Assembly: GCA_963674735.2 (NCBI GenBank)
Contig: CAXXQS010000002.1
Span: 2,048,001 to 2,112,000, forward strand
Direction of reading: 5' to 3'
DNA from: Myxococcota bacterium
Lineage (GTDB): Bacteria; Myxococcota_A; SURF-8
Length of the DNA stretch: 64,000 bases
Shown here: piece after piece, positions 62,739-64,000 of the stretch
Position numbering within the stretch: the first letter of the stretch is position 1
Layout of the letters: each line of letters opens with the position of its first letter
Notes under the pieces: generated by a model
The model's database searches: none
The model's input: the letters and a program-made list of their open reading frames with translations, nothing else
What the model was told of the DNA's origin: nothing
Made by a program: the position numbers and the translations under genes

Positions 62739-63227
62739 ATGGCGGTGACCCGACTCTTTGCCTACGGTCTGCTTCTCAAAGGCATGCGCTATCACGACAG
62801 TCATCTGGCCGGTCAATACGGCTGGGTGACCGGCGGCAGCGCCGAGGGACGGCTGATGTATCTGCCGGAACCGGATTGTCCCGTTATGTGTGCCGGTGAA
62901 GGGAACGTGCAGGGCGAGTTGTACGACATCGAGGACAAGCTGCTGACGGTTTTGGACGGCTTGTTTGGCTACCGCGACGGCCAGCCGGAGCGCAGCGACT
63001 ACGTTCGACGACGGATCGTTGTTACTACCGCCGCCGGCGAAGCGGTCGAGGCTTGGGTGTATGTCGTGCGCTGTGAAGTGGTGCGCACACGCTTTCCCGA
63101 TGCCCGCTTCATCGAAGAGGGTGACTGGCGTGCCGTGGCCGACGAAATCGATCAAAAACGGCGCGACACGCAACGCAAGCGGAATGCGGACGGGAAAAGT
63201 CCCAACTGGATCGAGGATGAGGAGTAG
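62739..63227 (+). CDS. Gamma-glutamylcyclotransferase (AIG2-like) family protein
   Basis: LFAYG.L..G, VQGELY, LD.L.G, Y.R, AWVY, I..GDW. Confidence 0.85.
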   Translation: MAVTRLFAYGLLLKGMRYHDSHLAGQYGWVTGGSAEGRLMYLPEPDCPVMCAGEGNVQGELYDIEDKLLTVLDGLFGYRDGQPERSDYVRRRIVVTTAAGEAVEAWVYVVRCEVVRTRFPDARFIEEGDWRAVADEIDQKRRDTQRKRNADGKSPNWIEDEE

Positions 63228-63294
63228 TCGGAAACCGCTGTTCTTCTTGTCATCGTGGATAAATGACATGGGGCCGGGAGCGTCCCGAAATCTA

Positions 63295-63999
63295 TCACGC
63301 CTTTTCGCGTCGTGCCCGACGCAATAGAAGCGCCATCCAGATACCCGCCCCGATAACCACCAACAGCGAGATCAACTGCGAGGTGCTGAAACCGCTGGTC
63401 TCGACATAGGGCGTGCCGTCCAGCAGGAAGGTATGACGCCACTCGATCAGCAGCCCGCGCGCCACATCGCCGCGAAACGCCTCCACCACCGAACGTAAGA
63501 TGGGGTAAAGCATCAGGAAACCGAGGGCGATCTGTCCGTGAAAGCGCCGGAAACGCCGCATGCAAAGCAGGATGAGGAAGATGGAAAACTCCCCCGCCGA
63601 CTCGTACAGCTGGGTGGGGTGCAGGGGCGGGGTGCCGATCTGCATCGCCTTCCCGATGGTCGAAAGGGCGGTCTCCTGCATGTAGGGCAGGCTGTTGGCG
63701 GGGAACACGATCCCCAAGGGCGAGTCGGTATAGCGTCCGTAACAGCAACCCGCGCAGAAGCAGCCCAGGCGTCCGACGGCGTGGCCCAGGGGGACGACCG
63801 TCAGGGCGATATCGGCGATCTGCGGGAAAGACAAGCCTTTGCGTTTGACAAACAGCCACCCGGCTCCCAGTGCGCCCAATAAGCCGCCGTACCACACCAG
63901 TCCGCCCTCCCAGAAACGGAAAATCGCCCAGCATTCCGGGGCGTTGAGCGGCAGATTGTGGTTGAGCGGATTGGGTAGTTCGGGGTGGAAACAGGCGTC
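63295..63999 (-). CDS. lgt: Prolipoprotein diacylglyceryl transferase (5' part outside the window)
   Basis: WEGGLVWYGG, GRLGCF..GCCYG, HPTQLYE, E.FRGD; frame open to the edge. Confidence 0.95.
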   Translation of the reverse strand, partial: DACFHPELPNPLNHNLPLNAPECWAIFRFWEGGLVWYGGLLGALGAGWLFVKRKGLSFPQIADIALTVVPLGHAVGRLGCFCAGCCYGRYTDSPLGIVFPANSLPYMQETALSTIGKAMQIGTPPLHPTQLYESAGEFSIFLILLCMRRFRRFHGQIALGFLMLYPILRSVVEAFRGDVARGLLIEWRHTFLLDGTPYVETSGFSTSQLISLLVVIGAGIWMALLLRRARREKA

Positions 64000-64000
64000 G

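Overview
GC-rich bacterial chromosome segment. Gene content suggests an anaerobic or facultative Myxococcota/Deltaproteobacteria-like organism (inference: AgmX/PglI-type proteins, Asp/Gly-rich Cys-rich lipoproteins, Hdr/Mvh/Met cluster). Housekeeping genes (rsgA, gyrB, eno, rpoZ, acnA, gltA, cysE, lgt) are interspersed with surface lipoproteins, a glpAB-ferredoxin operon and a galT-glgA operon. Main points of interest: (1) an 11.6-kb hdrCBA-mvhD-metV-metF operon led by a degenerate second MetF and a PAS kinase and closed by a stand-alone receiver and a REC-PAS kinase; its mvhD has an in-frame TGA plus a SECIS-like hairpin (selenocysteine, missed by the ORF track); (2) five copies of a ~183-bp non-autonomous element with terminal inverted repeats around a conserved double-hairpin core; (3) many intact ORFs with substituted catalytic residues, including a Cys-depleted radical-SAM-like protein; (4) a ceramidase lipoprotein with a circularly permuted PPC insertion. 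No rRNA, tRNA, CRISPR array or transposase was seen. All family calls are by motif recognition, without database searches.
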